From: a virus
IMG/VR virus record: IMGVR_UViG_3300045988_097215
Coordinates: 1-38,204 of that record
Direction: 5' to 3' (one strand)
DNA: 38,204 nucleotides
The translations under genes were made by a program, and so were the position numbers. Under the pieces are notes generated by a model. The model ran no database searches, had not been told where the DNA came from, and worked only from the letters and a program-made list of their open reading frames with translations. Positions 14,338 to 21,816 of the stretch are shown in pieces (the first letter of the stretch is position 1; each line of letters opens with the position of its first letter).

Positions 14338-14531
14338 TTCTGCTCCTTTCGTTGTTGGGTTCTGTAGTAATCCCGCATGATGGGCTCAAGAGCCTCCCGG
14401 GTGTACTTCTCCCGGCGGGCCCGCTCCTCTTTGCTTAGCTCCGGCCGGTGGAGCACCAGGGTACAGGCGCCGGCCTGCACGACCTTGGTCACATAGCCGG
14501 GGCGCGCTGCCGATGCCGTCCAGCCGTCCAT
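14334..14531 (-). CDS. Hypothetical protein
   Basis: 65 aa, AAGGAGGG SD. First gene after the Cro-like gene. Confidence 0.65.
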   Translation of the reverse strand: MDGWTASAARPGYVTKVVQAGACTLVLHRPELSKEERARREKYTREALEPIMRDYYRTQQRKEQK

Positions 14532-14552
14532 TCTGTTTCCCTCCTTTCTCTC

Positions 14553-14576
14553 GTTTGTTGCAAGATTGCAACAAAC
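14553..14576. promoter_or_regulatory. Palindromic operator-like site O-B
   Basis: GTTTGTTGCAA-GA-TTGCAACAAAC has 11-bp perfect arms. The 2-nt centre and absent U-run argue against a terminator. It lies between the Cro-like stop and the next gene. Confidence 0.55.
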
Positions 14577-14579
14577 AAG

Positions 14580-14777
14580 TTAAAAAAAATACGCAGGAAC
14601 TCCCTCGATAGGGATATCAAGCAGCCCGCAGGCTTTCACGATCTCCGCACGGGTCCAGTCTCTGCGGCCGCAGAGCTTAAGGCTCAACGTCCCTCTGCTC
14701 ATTTCCATTTTTTCGGCAAAATCCTCTTGTCGGCCATACTTCTCTTTGATTCGGCCTCTCAGTTTTGCGTACTTCAT
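14580..14777 (-). CDS. Cro-like / DUF739-type HTH regulator (short form, 65 aa)
   Basis: ATG 14777 lies 8 nt after AAGGAGG. Sequence MKYAKLRGRIKEKYGRQEDFAEKMEMSRGTLSLKL...IPIEGVPAYFF. The 108-aa form in the ORF track would run through the promoter and operator. Confidence 0.75.
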   Translation of the reverse strand: MKYAKLRGRIKEKYGRQEDFAEKMEMSRGTLSLKLCGRRDWTRAEIVKACGLLDIPIEGVPAYFF

Positions 14778-14797
14778 GCCATGCTCCTCCTTTCTAT

Positions 14798-14817
14798 AGG
14801 TTGCAATCTTGCAACCT
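14798..14817. promoter_or_regulatory. Palindromic operator-like site O-A
   Basis: AGGTTGCAA-TC-TTGCAACCT has 9-bp perfect arms and the same GTTGCAA-N2-TTGCAAC core as O-B. It lies just downstream of the early promoter -10. Confidence 0.6.
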
Positions 14818-14826
14818 TGTGGCATT

Positions 14827-14855
14827 ACTATATCAATATAATGTTTAATTGTCAA
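14827..14855 (-). promoter_or_regulatory. Early (Cro-side) sigma-70-type promoter
   Basis: Minus strand reads TTGACA (14850-14855), 17-nt spacer, TATAGT (14827-14832). Confidence 0.7.
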
Positions 14856-14896
14856 TACGCTTTTTTGCTTTCTTGCAACATTTTTTCTCTTTTTTG

Positions 14897-14925
14897 TTGC
14901 GCCCATGCAAGCCGGATGGTATAAT
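14897..14925 (+). promoter_or_regulatory. Repressor-side promoter with extended -10
   Basis: TTGCGC (14897-14902), 17-nt spacer, TATAAT (14920-14925) preceded by TGG (TGnTATAAT). AGGAGG lies 7 nt before ATG 14954. Operator half-sites TTGCAACA (14873) and TGTTGCG (14895) flank or overlap the -35. Confidence 0.6.
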
Positions 14926-14953
14926 ATAGTAGACTTAAAAAGGAGGTGAAAAT

Positions 14954-15340
14954 ATGGCAGGATTTAACAGAGTGGCCACAACGGCGGAGCGGATCCAGGA
15001 AGCCATGCGCATCACCGGAAAAACCCAGGCGGACTTGGTACGAGACACGGGGCTCAATAAAGGAACCATTTCCCGGTATATATCCGGAGCGGTGGAACCT
15101 AGACAGGAAGCGGCCATAAAGTTGGCAAAAGCTCTGGACGTGTCGGAGATGTGGCTGTGGGGGTACGATACCCAAAGCACCCGTACCGCGGAGCAAAAAA
15201 AGAACGACGTCCTGGCGTCGGTCGTCGTTAAAATGAGAAAAGATCCAGATTTTTTGGATGTGGTGGAGCAGCTCGCAGAGCTGCCGAAGGAGCAATATGA
15301 GGCAGTTAAAAACCTTTTAAGTGCCCTCGTGCAAAAGTAA
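14954..15340 (+). CDS. CI-like repressor (XRE HTH, no S24 peptidase domain)
   Basis: 128 aa. HTH KTQADLVRDTGLNKGTISRYISG. Divergent from the Cro-like gene across the promoter/operator region. Confidence 0.85.
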   Translation: MAGFNRVATTAERIQEAMRITGKTQADLVRDTGLNKGTISRYISGAVEPRQEAAIKLAKALDVSEMWLWGYDTQSTRTAEQKKNDVLASVVVKMRKDPDFLDVVEQLAELPKEQYEAVKNLLSALVQK

Positions 15341-15545
15341 TTTTAGTATAAAATCCAGTAAATCCTGGTCAGTCGTCTTGCAGACTATATCTACAATTGC
15401 GGATTGCAAGGGATTCAATGGGTTCACGCCCTTTCGATGGAAACATATGTACGCTTTCACGATAGGGTCATAGTAGCACAAACAATCAAAATTGACAATA
15501 CAGTCAGAAAAATACAGAAGAATCAGACAAAAGGGGTAGAGGAGT

Positions 15546-17108
15546 ATGTATCAAACGGGCAGCACGCTATTAGCGGATACATGGATTATATATTTAAGAA
15601 AGAGCCGCCAGGACGACCCGCGGGAGACTGTGGAGGAGGTGCTGGAGAAGCACGAGACCATGCTCCAGGAGTACGCGCAGCGGGAGCTGGGTGGCCGGAT
15701 ACCGGAGGATAATATATACCGGGAGGTCGTCTCCGGGGAAAGCATCGACGACCGGGTCGAGATTAAAAAGGTACTGAGCCGCCTGGAGGACCCAGCAGTC
15801 AAGGGCGTGCTGGTGGTGGAGCCTCAGCGTCTCAGCCGCGGCGACTTGGAGGACTGCGGCCGGCTGATAAACTCCTTCCGGTTCACTCACACCCAGGTGG
15901 TCACCCCTTACATGACCTACGACCTGGAAAACAAAATGGAAAGAAAGTTTTTCCAGGACGAACTTCTACGCGGCCGGGACTATCTTGAATACACGAAGGA
16001 GATCCTTTTCCGCGGCCGGGTCGCAGCCGTAAAGCGTGGGTGCTATATCGGCAATTATGCCCCATACGGATATAAAAAAATCAAGATAGGCAAGGACCAC
16101 ACCCTGGAGATCATAGAGGAACAGGCCGAAGTGGTCCGCCTGGTATTTGACTGGTACACCAAAGAGCAGCTATCCCCCTACCGTATAGCTGAGCGGATCA
16201 ATAAAATGGGCGTGCCGGCGCCTCGTGGGAAGAAGTGGGTCAAGGATACGATCCGGGTCATGCTGCGGAATGAGCACTACGTCGGGATGGTTGTATTTAA
16301 TAAGCATAAAACCACTCAGGTGATGGAGGGCGGGGAAATCGTCACTAAATGCCTCTCCCAGCCAGAGGATGAGGTGATTATCGCGGAGGGCAAGCAGCCC
16401 GCTATTATCAGCAGGGAGACCTGGGACGCGGCCCAGAAGCTCGTCGCCCGGAACCCTCGGGAGCGGCATACCTATGCGCTGAAAAATCCATACAGCACTA
16501 TCCTGGTATGCGGGAAATGCGGCAAGGCATTATACCAGCACCCATACAAGCACGCGGAGGACCGCTATGAGTGCCGAACACGGCCGCGCTGCTATAAGTC
16601 GGTGCCCGTCTCCTTGATCGACGACGCCGTCCTCACGTCCCTGGAGCAAGCAGAGCTGCCCGCGCTAAAGCTAAAAGTCAAAAACGGCGACGGGAACGCG
16701 GCGAAGATCCAGCAGCGGCTCCTGGATAAACTGCAAAAGCAAATGGAAGAATACCGGGCCCAGGAGGACAAGCAGTATGAGCTGCTGGAGACCGGCCGGT
16801 ATACGCAGGACCTTTTTGACCGACGGAACGCAGCCCTCCGGGCAAAAATTGAAGATTGTCAAGCGGCGATATATAAGGCAAAAGCGGAGATGCCGGCGAC
16901 CGTGGACTATGCGGAGAGGGTCACCTCTTTGGAAGCGGCCATTGCGATCCTAAAGGATCCAGACGCCACGCCGGAACAGAAGAATAAACTGTTAAAAGTG
17001 ATTGTGGACCGGATAGAGTATACCGGGAAGGCCAGCCTGCACACGAACCGAAAAGGCAAGCCGAAGGGTGATAATTCCTTTACTTTGGAGGTTTTTCTGC
17101 GGCTATAA
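15546..17108 (+). CDS. int: Large serine recombinase (integrase)
   Basis: 520 aa. Resolvase-type N-terminus with catalytic-Ser context IYLRKSRQDD, recombinase domain (APYGYKK), zinc ribbon (CGKCGKAL...YECRTRPRC) and C-terminal coiled coil. Confidence 0.9.
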   Translation: MYQTGSTLLADTWIIYLRKSRQDDPRETVEEVLEKHETMLQEYAQRELGGRIPEDNIYREVVSGESIDDRVEIKKVLSRLEDPAVKGVLVVEPQRLSRGDLEDCGRLINSFRFTHTQVVTPYMTYDLENKMERKFFQDELLRGRDYLEYTKEILFRGRVAAVKRGCYIGNYAPYGYKKIKIGKDHTLEIIEEQAEVVRLVFDWYTKEQLSPYRIAERINKMGVPAPRGKKWVKDTIRVMLRNEHYVGMVVFNKHKTTQVMEGGEIVTKCLSQPEDEVIIAEGKQPAIISRETWDAAQKLVARNPRERHTYALKNPYSTILVCGKCGKALYQHPYKHAEDRYECRTRPRCYKSVPVSLIDDAVLTSLEQAELPALKLKVKNGDGNAAKIQQRLLDKLQKQMEEYRAQEDKQYELLETGRYTQDLFDRRNAALRAKIEDCQAAIYKAKAEMPATVDYAERVTSLEAAIAILKDPDATPEQKNKLLKVIVDRIEYTGKASLHTNRKGKPKGDNSFTLEVFLRL

Positions 17109-17240
17109 TTTTTTATGCCGCATATGTACATGATGGGTACGCCAGTTCACCCGCATACACTTGATGTACACATCCTTTCAGGTCAGTAATAGCAAGGGTT
17201 TACAGCATTATAGCCGGGCGGCCAGGCGGTCGTCAAGCAC

Positions 17241-17272
17241 AAAAAAAGAGGGCACCCAGCGGGTGCCCTTTT
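17241..17272. terminator. Bidirectional rho-independent terminator between the integrase and the end of the late operon
   Basis: AGGGCACCC-AGC-GGGTGCCCT (9-bp stem) flanked by A7 upstream and a T-run downstream. Confidence 0.85.
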
Positions 17273-17277
17273 GCGTT

Positions 17278-18087
17278 TTACCAGATTGTGCGTATGTATT
17301 TTTTCCGCGTGCCGCTGAGCTGCAAGAGCAAAGGCTCGTCCGCGGAGGAGTTTGCCCGGGGCTGTAGCATCTTCTGGGCGGCGTAGCCCCCGAAGCGCTG
17401 CCAGGAGGTGGTGGCCACCACGACGATATCCCGCTGGAGCACTCGGTCCGTCCGGGCGTCCATGACCAGCTGGGACGGGCGGCTTATCATGCCATTATGA
17501 GAGTGCCCGACGATCAGCGCGTCCACCCCGCAAATGGACCGGGCGAAGCGCTCGTTACGGTTAATTACCCCACCGGATAGAGCCCCGCCGCCGGCGCCGT
17601 GGGTGATGCAGAGGCTATAGGCGGCCATGCTGTCCTCTCGGCCGCGGCCGTGGGAGCGTGTGCCGATGGTCAGATACAAAAAGGCCATACTCTCCCGGTA
17701 GCGGTCCTCCAGGTCCAGCTTGCACATGATGTCATAGGTGGGATCCTGGTCCGCGTCTTTCAGGCTGCGCCGCTCATGGTTGCCGGAGACGCAGCAGAGG
17801 ATCCGGTCCCGCAGCGGCTCCAGGTGCTCAGCCATGCGGCGCTTCTGTTCCCGGGGACGGAGCATATCGGCATAAGGCGACCCCACGCTGCTGCGGGTGT
17901 TGTTGTTGATCAGGTCCCCGTGGAGGATCAGGTATGCATCCTTTTCCCCCAGGACCCGGCGCCGGAAGGCGTCCCACTCCTGCTCATGGCACTCAGCCGC
18001 GCCCAGATGCACGTCGGCCACCGGGTAGACGGTCACGGTCCGAGCGCGGGGCAGAGGGACGCGCAGGATCTCAAAGTCGTCCCGCAT
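17278..18087 (-). CDS. Calcineurin-like metallophosphoesterase
   Basis: 269 aa with the motif series DVHLG, GDLINN, GNHE, THG and GHSH. Last gene of the late transcript, 7 nt after the holin-like gene, with no SD of its own. Confidence 0.85.
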   Translation of the reverse strand: MRDDFEILRVPLPRARTVTVYPVADVHLGAAECHEQEWDAFRRRVLGEKDAYLILHGDLINNNTRSSVGSPYADMLRPREQKRRMAEHLEPLRDRILCCVSGNHERRSLKDADQDPTYDIMCKLDLEDRYRESMAFLYLTIGTRSHGRGREDSMAAYSLCITHGAGGGALSGGVINRNERFARSICGVDALIVGHSHNGMISRPSQLVMDARTDRVLQRDIVVVATTSWQRFGGYAAQKMLQPRANSSADEPLLLQLSGTRKKYIRTIW

Positions 18088-18094
18088 AAGCGGT

Positions 18095-18481
18095 TCACTG
18101 TTTCAGCTTCTGGATCCAGTCCTCGCCGGCGCCCTTGATCAGAGCGGTGATATCCACGGCGGCGGCGTTGAGGACCCCGATGGCGGAGACGCTCATTTTT
18201 TTCAGTGCATTGTCAACCAGCATCTTACCCAGGGCCTCGATCTCCTCTTTAGTCAGTTTGCCGTCCTCGTGGCCGGCTTTCAGCCCCTCGACCAGTGTCT
18301 GTTGCAGCTCGCCCACGGTAATCTGGGCGGCCTTAATGGCCTCCTGCTGGGCGGCGTTGATGTTGGTCAGTTCCTCCCGCTTGGCCAGCTTGGCGGTGAG
18401 CCAGGTGCCCAGCACGCCGATCAGGGTCATGAGCAGCGTGGCGACGATGGCCACGGCGTTCTCGATAATAACGTCCATCAT
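18095..18481 (-). CDS. Holin-like protein (LL-H-type: one N-terminal TM helix plus a long hydrophilic tail)
   Basis: 128 aa. TM helix AVAIVATLLMTLIGVLGTWL. GGAGG SD. Lies in the lysis cassette. Confidence 0.6.
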   Translation of the reverse strand: MMDVIIENAVAIVATLLMTLIGVLGTWLTAKLAKREELTNINAAQQEAIKAAQITVGELQQTLVEGLKAGHEDGKLTKEEIEALGKMLVDNALKKMSVSAIGVLNAAAVDITALIKGAGEDWIQKLKQ

Positions 18482-18499
18482 TTTTTGTTTTCCTCCTTT

Positions 18500-18814
18500 T
18501 TATTGTTCGGTCATATGCTCGGCGGCCTGCTCATGCAAAAAGGCTTGATATTCGCCCATTGCTGCCTCGTAGGCCTCCACGCCCTCCTCCACCTCGCCGT
18601 TAGCCTTGCCCCGTTTGATGGCCATAGCCACGGCGTAGGACAGCTTGGCGTTGGCGGTCAAAAGATTAAACGTTAGCAGCTCCTCCCGCTTCCGGGCGGC
18701 GGTCCTCGCCTCTTGCTGCTGGTCGCGTTTCTTCTGCCCGCGCTGCCAGTAAAAAAGCACTGCCCCCGTAACGATTGACGGGAGCAGTTTCCAGAGTACC
18801 TCTCCAAATTCCAT
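18500..18814 (-). CDS. Lysis-cassette membrane protein (possible holin or holin partner)
   Basis: ATG 18814 lies 8 nt after GAGGGG, which I prefer to the track's GTG at 18823. N-terminal TM helix LWKLLPSIVTGAVLFYW followed by a charged region. Confidence 0.6.
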   Translation of the reverse strand: MEFGEVLWKLLPSIVTGAVLFYWQRGQKKRDQQQEARTAARKREELLTFNLLTANAKLSYAVAMAIKRGKANGEVEEGVEAYEAAMGEYQAFLHEQAAEHMTEQ

Positions 18815-18826
18815 CCGGCTCACCCC

Positions 18827-19675
18827 TCAGCTCTGCCAGGCGCCTCCCAGGGCGCGGATGGTGTTGGGGCCGGCGATACCGTCCACCGTGAGGCCGCTGT
18901 CACGCTGGAAGGCCTTGACCTGCGTCCGGGTGGACCCGTAGTAATTGCGGCTGCTGGACGTGCTGACCGTGATCCCCTTGTCATATCCTGCCTTGATGAG
19001 CAGGCGCTTGAGCTCGATCACGTCGTCGCCCCTGCTGCCATACCGCAGCTGTCGCTGGAAGGCGTAGCCCTCCGGGGTGGCGGGCTGGGGGGCCGTGGCG
19101 TCATAGCTAAATTTTTTAGTCATGAGGCCCCGGTATTTCCACTTGCGCTTGCTCATGCGGGTGATTACGCAGCCGTAGGCCAGGCCGCGCTCCTCCACCA
19201 CCAGCACGTCGCCGTCAGGCATAAAACCGCAGACCCATCCGACGTGGGTCTTTTTCCGATCGGTGCCGTTAAAGACTGCCTCCCCGATCACATACGGCCG
19301 GGAGATAGCAGCGCAGAGGCCCCGGTCGGTGCAGTACCGCTGGTAGTTGCCGTTTGCGTTGGTGTCGTTGCCCAGGTACCAGTCCAGGAGCCCCTGGCAG
19401 TCTGCCACCCTTTTCCGGGCGGAGACCCAGCCCCGGGTGACCTCGTCGTACTCGTCCCGGGTCCAGCCGTTGGGGCTATAGTAGGACCTATACCGGGCGT
19501 CCAGCAGCGTCTGGTTCACCACCCGGCCGCTGGTGCCCCAGAGATATTCCGCCTCGCCCTCAGAGCCCACCAGGCTCCGGTCGATGGGCAGGACGGCGTT
19601 GGCCGGGACGGTGTCCCGCTTGGCCCGTTTCAGGGCCCAGATCACAAAATTAGTTACCTTTTCCGTTGTCCTCAC
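18827..19675 (-). CDS. Endolysin: NlpC/P60-like cysteine peptidase domain plus C-terminal PG_binding_1 domain
   Basis: Cys context VADCQGLLDWY and His context KTHVGWV. The C-terminus YGSRGDDVIELKRLL...VKAFQRDSGLTVDGIAGPNTIRALG is a classic peptidoglycan-binding repeat. The exact start (GTG 19675) is uncertain. Confidence 0.8.
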   Translation of the reverse strand: MRTTEKVTNFVIWALKRAKRDTVPANAVLPIDRSLVGSEGEAEYLWGTSGRVVNQTLLDARYRSYYSPNGWTRDEYDEVTRGWVSARKRVADCQGLLDWYLGNDTNANGNYQRYCTDRGLCAAISRPYVIGEAVFNGTDRKKTHVGWVCGFMPDGDVLVVEERGLAYGCVITRMSKRKWKYRGLMTKKFSYDATAPQPATPEGYAFQRQLRYGSRGDDVIELKRLLIKAGYDKGITVSTSSSRNYYGSTRTQVKAFQRDSGLTVDGIAGPNTIRALGGAWQS

Positions 19676-19683
19676 CTCCTTTA

Positions 19684-20994
19684 TTATCCGTTTACGTGGA
19701 GCGCACCGTCAGCGTCGGCGGCGTAGACTATACCGACGTGCAGGGTGCCGGCCGCGTCCGTGACGTACAGGATCCCGTCGTGCAGCGTGCCCGCGGCGTC
19801 CATGACGTGGACGATGGACTGCACCGTCCAGTGCGCATATAGCGTCTGGGCGTCGGTGATACTCACCGGGGTGCTCTCCAGGACCTGCTCGCCACCGTCC
19901 GGGTCGGTATGCCAGCCGTCGAAGCGGTACCCGGCCCGCGTAGGGGTCGGCAGCTCGCCGTAGGTGTCGTCATAGGTGACGGTCTTGGAGCCTGTGGTCA
20001 CCTCGCCGCCGTTGGCGTCAAAGGTGACGGTGTAGGTGTTAGCCGTCCAGGCCGGGTACAGGGTCACGGCCGCGTCGGTCGTGTAGCTGCCTCCCAGGTC
20101 GTAGGCCTTAGCCCCTCCGTCCGATGTGGCCCAGCCCGTCTGGGTGTAGCCCGTCCGGGCGAACAGGGCCCCCTCCAGGGTCAGGGCGGTGCCGTGGGTC
20201 TTGGTGGCGGTGGCGTTGTCGCCGGTGCCGTTGGCGCCCTTGTTGTAGGTGACGGTATAGGTCAGCAGCTCCCAGACAGCATACAGAGTGGTGTCGCCGC
20301 TGATGGTGATGCTTTCCCCGGGCTGATAGGCCGCGGCGCTGCCGGCTGTCGTCGCCCAGCCCTTGAAGGTGTACCCGTCCCGCGTGGGCGCGGTGCTGGA
20401 GAGCGTGGCCTTGTACCCGTCGGCGCTGATGGACACAGTCTGAGCGCTGGGGGCGCCGGTGCCCTCGTTGGGGTGGTAGGTGATGGTATAATCAGTCACC
20501 ACTACGGTCAGGACCGGGTTGGACAGGGCGCAGTAGGTGATCTTGTCAAAGCCGCCAAAGACGTATGCAAGGCTCTCCGGGATTGCGTTCCCCAGGGTTA
20601 GCGTGGACCTTGTACCGGCCGTCCGCCAGGCCTCCGCGTCCCACTCTTGGTCGTTGTCATACGAAAAGTTTGTGGGAGTGGTATTCTTTTTCGCGCCGTA
20701 GTATAGCGTTGGATGATAGGACACGCCGGAGCTGGTCACCGCTATGCTGACGGAGGTCTGGTGCCCTCGGCAAAGGGAGAGCGGTACCCCGTCGGCGCTT
20801 TCGTTGAAAAACAAAGATTCGGCGTAACAGACCGCGTTGCTGCTGGAGCCAGTGGCCCCGATGCGGCTTGCTTGCTCCGTCCAGAGGGTCATATCCCCAG
20901 GCGCTTGCGCTTGATACAAGAAGCCGTTGTTATCCGTTCGGGTTTTCTTGCCCACATAGGTAGCGGTGGGTGTGAAGGTGAGCGTCTTGGCCAT
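19684..20994 (-). CDS. Tail fibre / adhesin-like protein with three Listeria-Bacteroides (Flg_new / InlB B-type) repeats
   Basis: Three ~70-aa repeats, each with Y-T-[IV]-T-[YF]...GY.F.GW...LYA.W (aa 169-390). They are followed by three 14-aa repeats, DAAGTLH.GI.YV (aa 398-436). Confidence 0.8.
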   Translation of the reverse strand: MAKTLTFTPTATYVGKKTRTDNNGFLYQAQAPGDMTLWTEQASRIGATGSSSNAVCYAESLFFNESADGVPLSLCRGHQTSVSIAVTSSGVSYHPTLYYGAKKNTTPTNFSYDNDQEWDAEAWRTAGTRSTLTLGNAIPESLAYVFGGFDKITYCALSNPVLTVVVTDYTITYHPNEGTGAPSAQTVSISADGYKATLSSTAPTRDGYTFKGWATTAGSAAAYQPGESITISGDTTLYAVWELLTYTVTYNKGANGTGDNATATKTHGTALTLEGALFARTGYTQTGWATSDGGAKAYDLGGSYTTDAAVTLYPAWTANTYTVTFDANGGEVTTGSKTVTYDDTYGELPTPTRAGYRFDGWHTDPDGGEQVLESTPVSITDAQTLYAHWTVQSIVHVMDAAGTLHDGILYVTDAAGTLHVGIVYAADADGALHVNG

Positions 20995-20999
20995 TTATA

Positions 21000-21800
21000 T
21001 CACTCCCCCATAGTCGGGCAGTAGATATAGATATCTCCCTCAACCAGTCCGGTCATAGCGTCCGGATCGGTGGACCCGATAAGGATCTTTTTCTGCTTTG
21101 CGTTCCAGGCCTCCCGCTCGGCGGCCGTGATGTGCACCGTGGTGTTATTTTTGTGCGCCGTCAGGTCGGAGGCTGCCGCCTTTTTGCCTATCAGTGTGGT
21201 GATGGTGGTGGCAAAATTGGGATCGTTGCCCAGAGCTGCGGCCAGCTCCTCCAGGGTGTCCAAAGTCTCCGGCGCGCTATCCACCAGGGCGGCAAGGGCA
21301 GCGGCCACGAAGGCCGTCGTTGCAAGCTGCGTCGTGGACGTGCCCGCCGGTGCAGTAGGCGCCGTGGGCGTACCCGTAAAGGTCGGGCTGGCTACCGGCG
21401 CCTTACTGGCCACCAGCTCCGTGATCTGTTCCAGGATGGTCTGGGTGGCGGGTGTGGAGTTTTTCAACCCGCTGGTGATAGCGCCGTCCTGGATAGTGTA
21501 GTCCACAATCTCGGACGTGCGGGTGGCACCGTCCTTGGTCCCGTATACGGCAAAGTGCAGCACGCCAGGCGTGGCCAGCACCTCGTGGGGGATCTCGCAC
21601 TCCCCGGCGCTGTCCAGTACCATGCCGTAGACCTCCTCCCGGCTCCGGAAGAAAATGGCCGTCTTGGCGTAGCCGTCCCACTTATCGCAAAAGGTCACCC
21701 GCAGGTAGTCCTCCTTTACGCCGCCGGAGGCGATTCGGGGCGTGCCCGTGAGGCGGATAGCTTGGTCAACGCAGCTCAGCTCTAGCCAGGTTTTTCCCAT
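21000..21800 (-). CDS. Tail fibre protein (BppU-like N-terminus plus tail-fibre repeat motifs)
   Basis: SPTFTGTPTAPTAPAGTSTTQLATTAFV and LDTLEELAAALGNDPNFA are typical phage tail-fibre motifs. Confidence 0.7.
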   Translation of the reverse strand: MGKTWLELSCVDQAIRLTGTPRIASGGVKEDYLRVTFCDKWDGYAKTAIFFRSREEVYGMVLDSAGECEIPHEVLATPGVLHFAVYGTKDGATRTSEIVDYTIQDGAITSGLKNSTPATQTILEQITELVASKAPVASPTFTGTPTAPTAPAGTSTTQLATTAFVAAALAALVDSAPETLDTLEELAAALGNDPNFATTITTLIGKKAAASDLTAHKNNTTVHITAAEREAWNAKQKKILIGSTDPDAMTGLVEGDIYIYCPTMGE

Positions 21801-21816
21801 AGTTCAGGCTCCTTTC

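Noticed and set aside
14580-14906. Long (108-aa) form of the Cro-like ORF
   Set aside because: The extension would have to be translated from upstream of the early promoter -10/-35 and across operator O-A. The internal ATG at 14777 has a proper AAGGAGG SD.
14852-15295. 147-aa minus-strand ORF antisense to the CI-like repressor
   Set aside because: It is a shadow ORF with no SD, and it overlaps both promoters.
15397-15409. TTGCGG-A-TTGCAA as a possible third operator
   Set aside because: The half-site spacing is 1 nt, against 2 nt in O-A and O-B, and the flanks are not palindromic. It is probably chance.
15404-15712. 102-aa plus-strand ORF overlapping the integrase start
   Set aside because: It has a TTG start without SD, is out of frame with the integrase and overlaps it, and its second half is Gly/Ala/Pro-rich shadow sequence.
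17161-17367. 68-aa plus-strand ORF downstream of the integrase
   Set aside because: It reads straight through the bidirectional terminator and into the antisense of the metallophosphoesterase gene. No SD is present.
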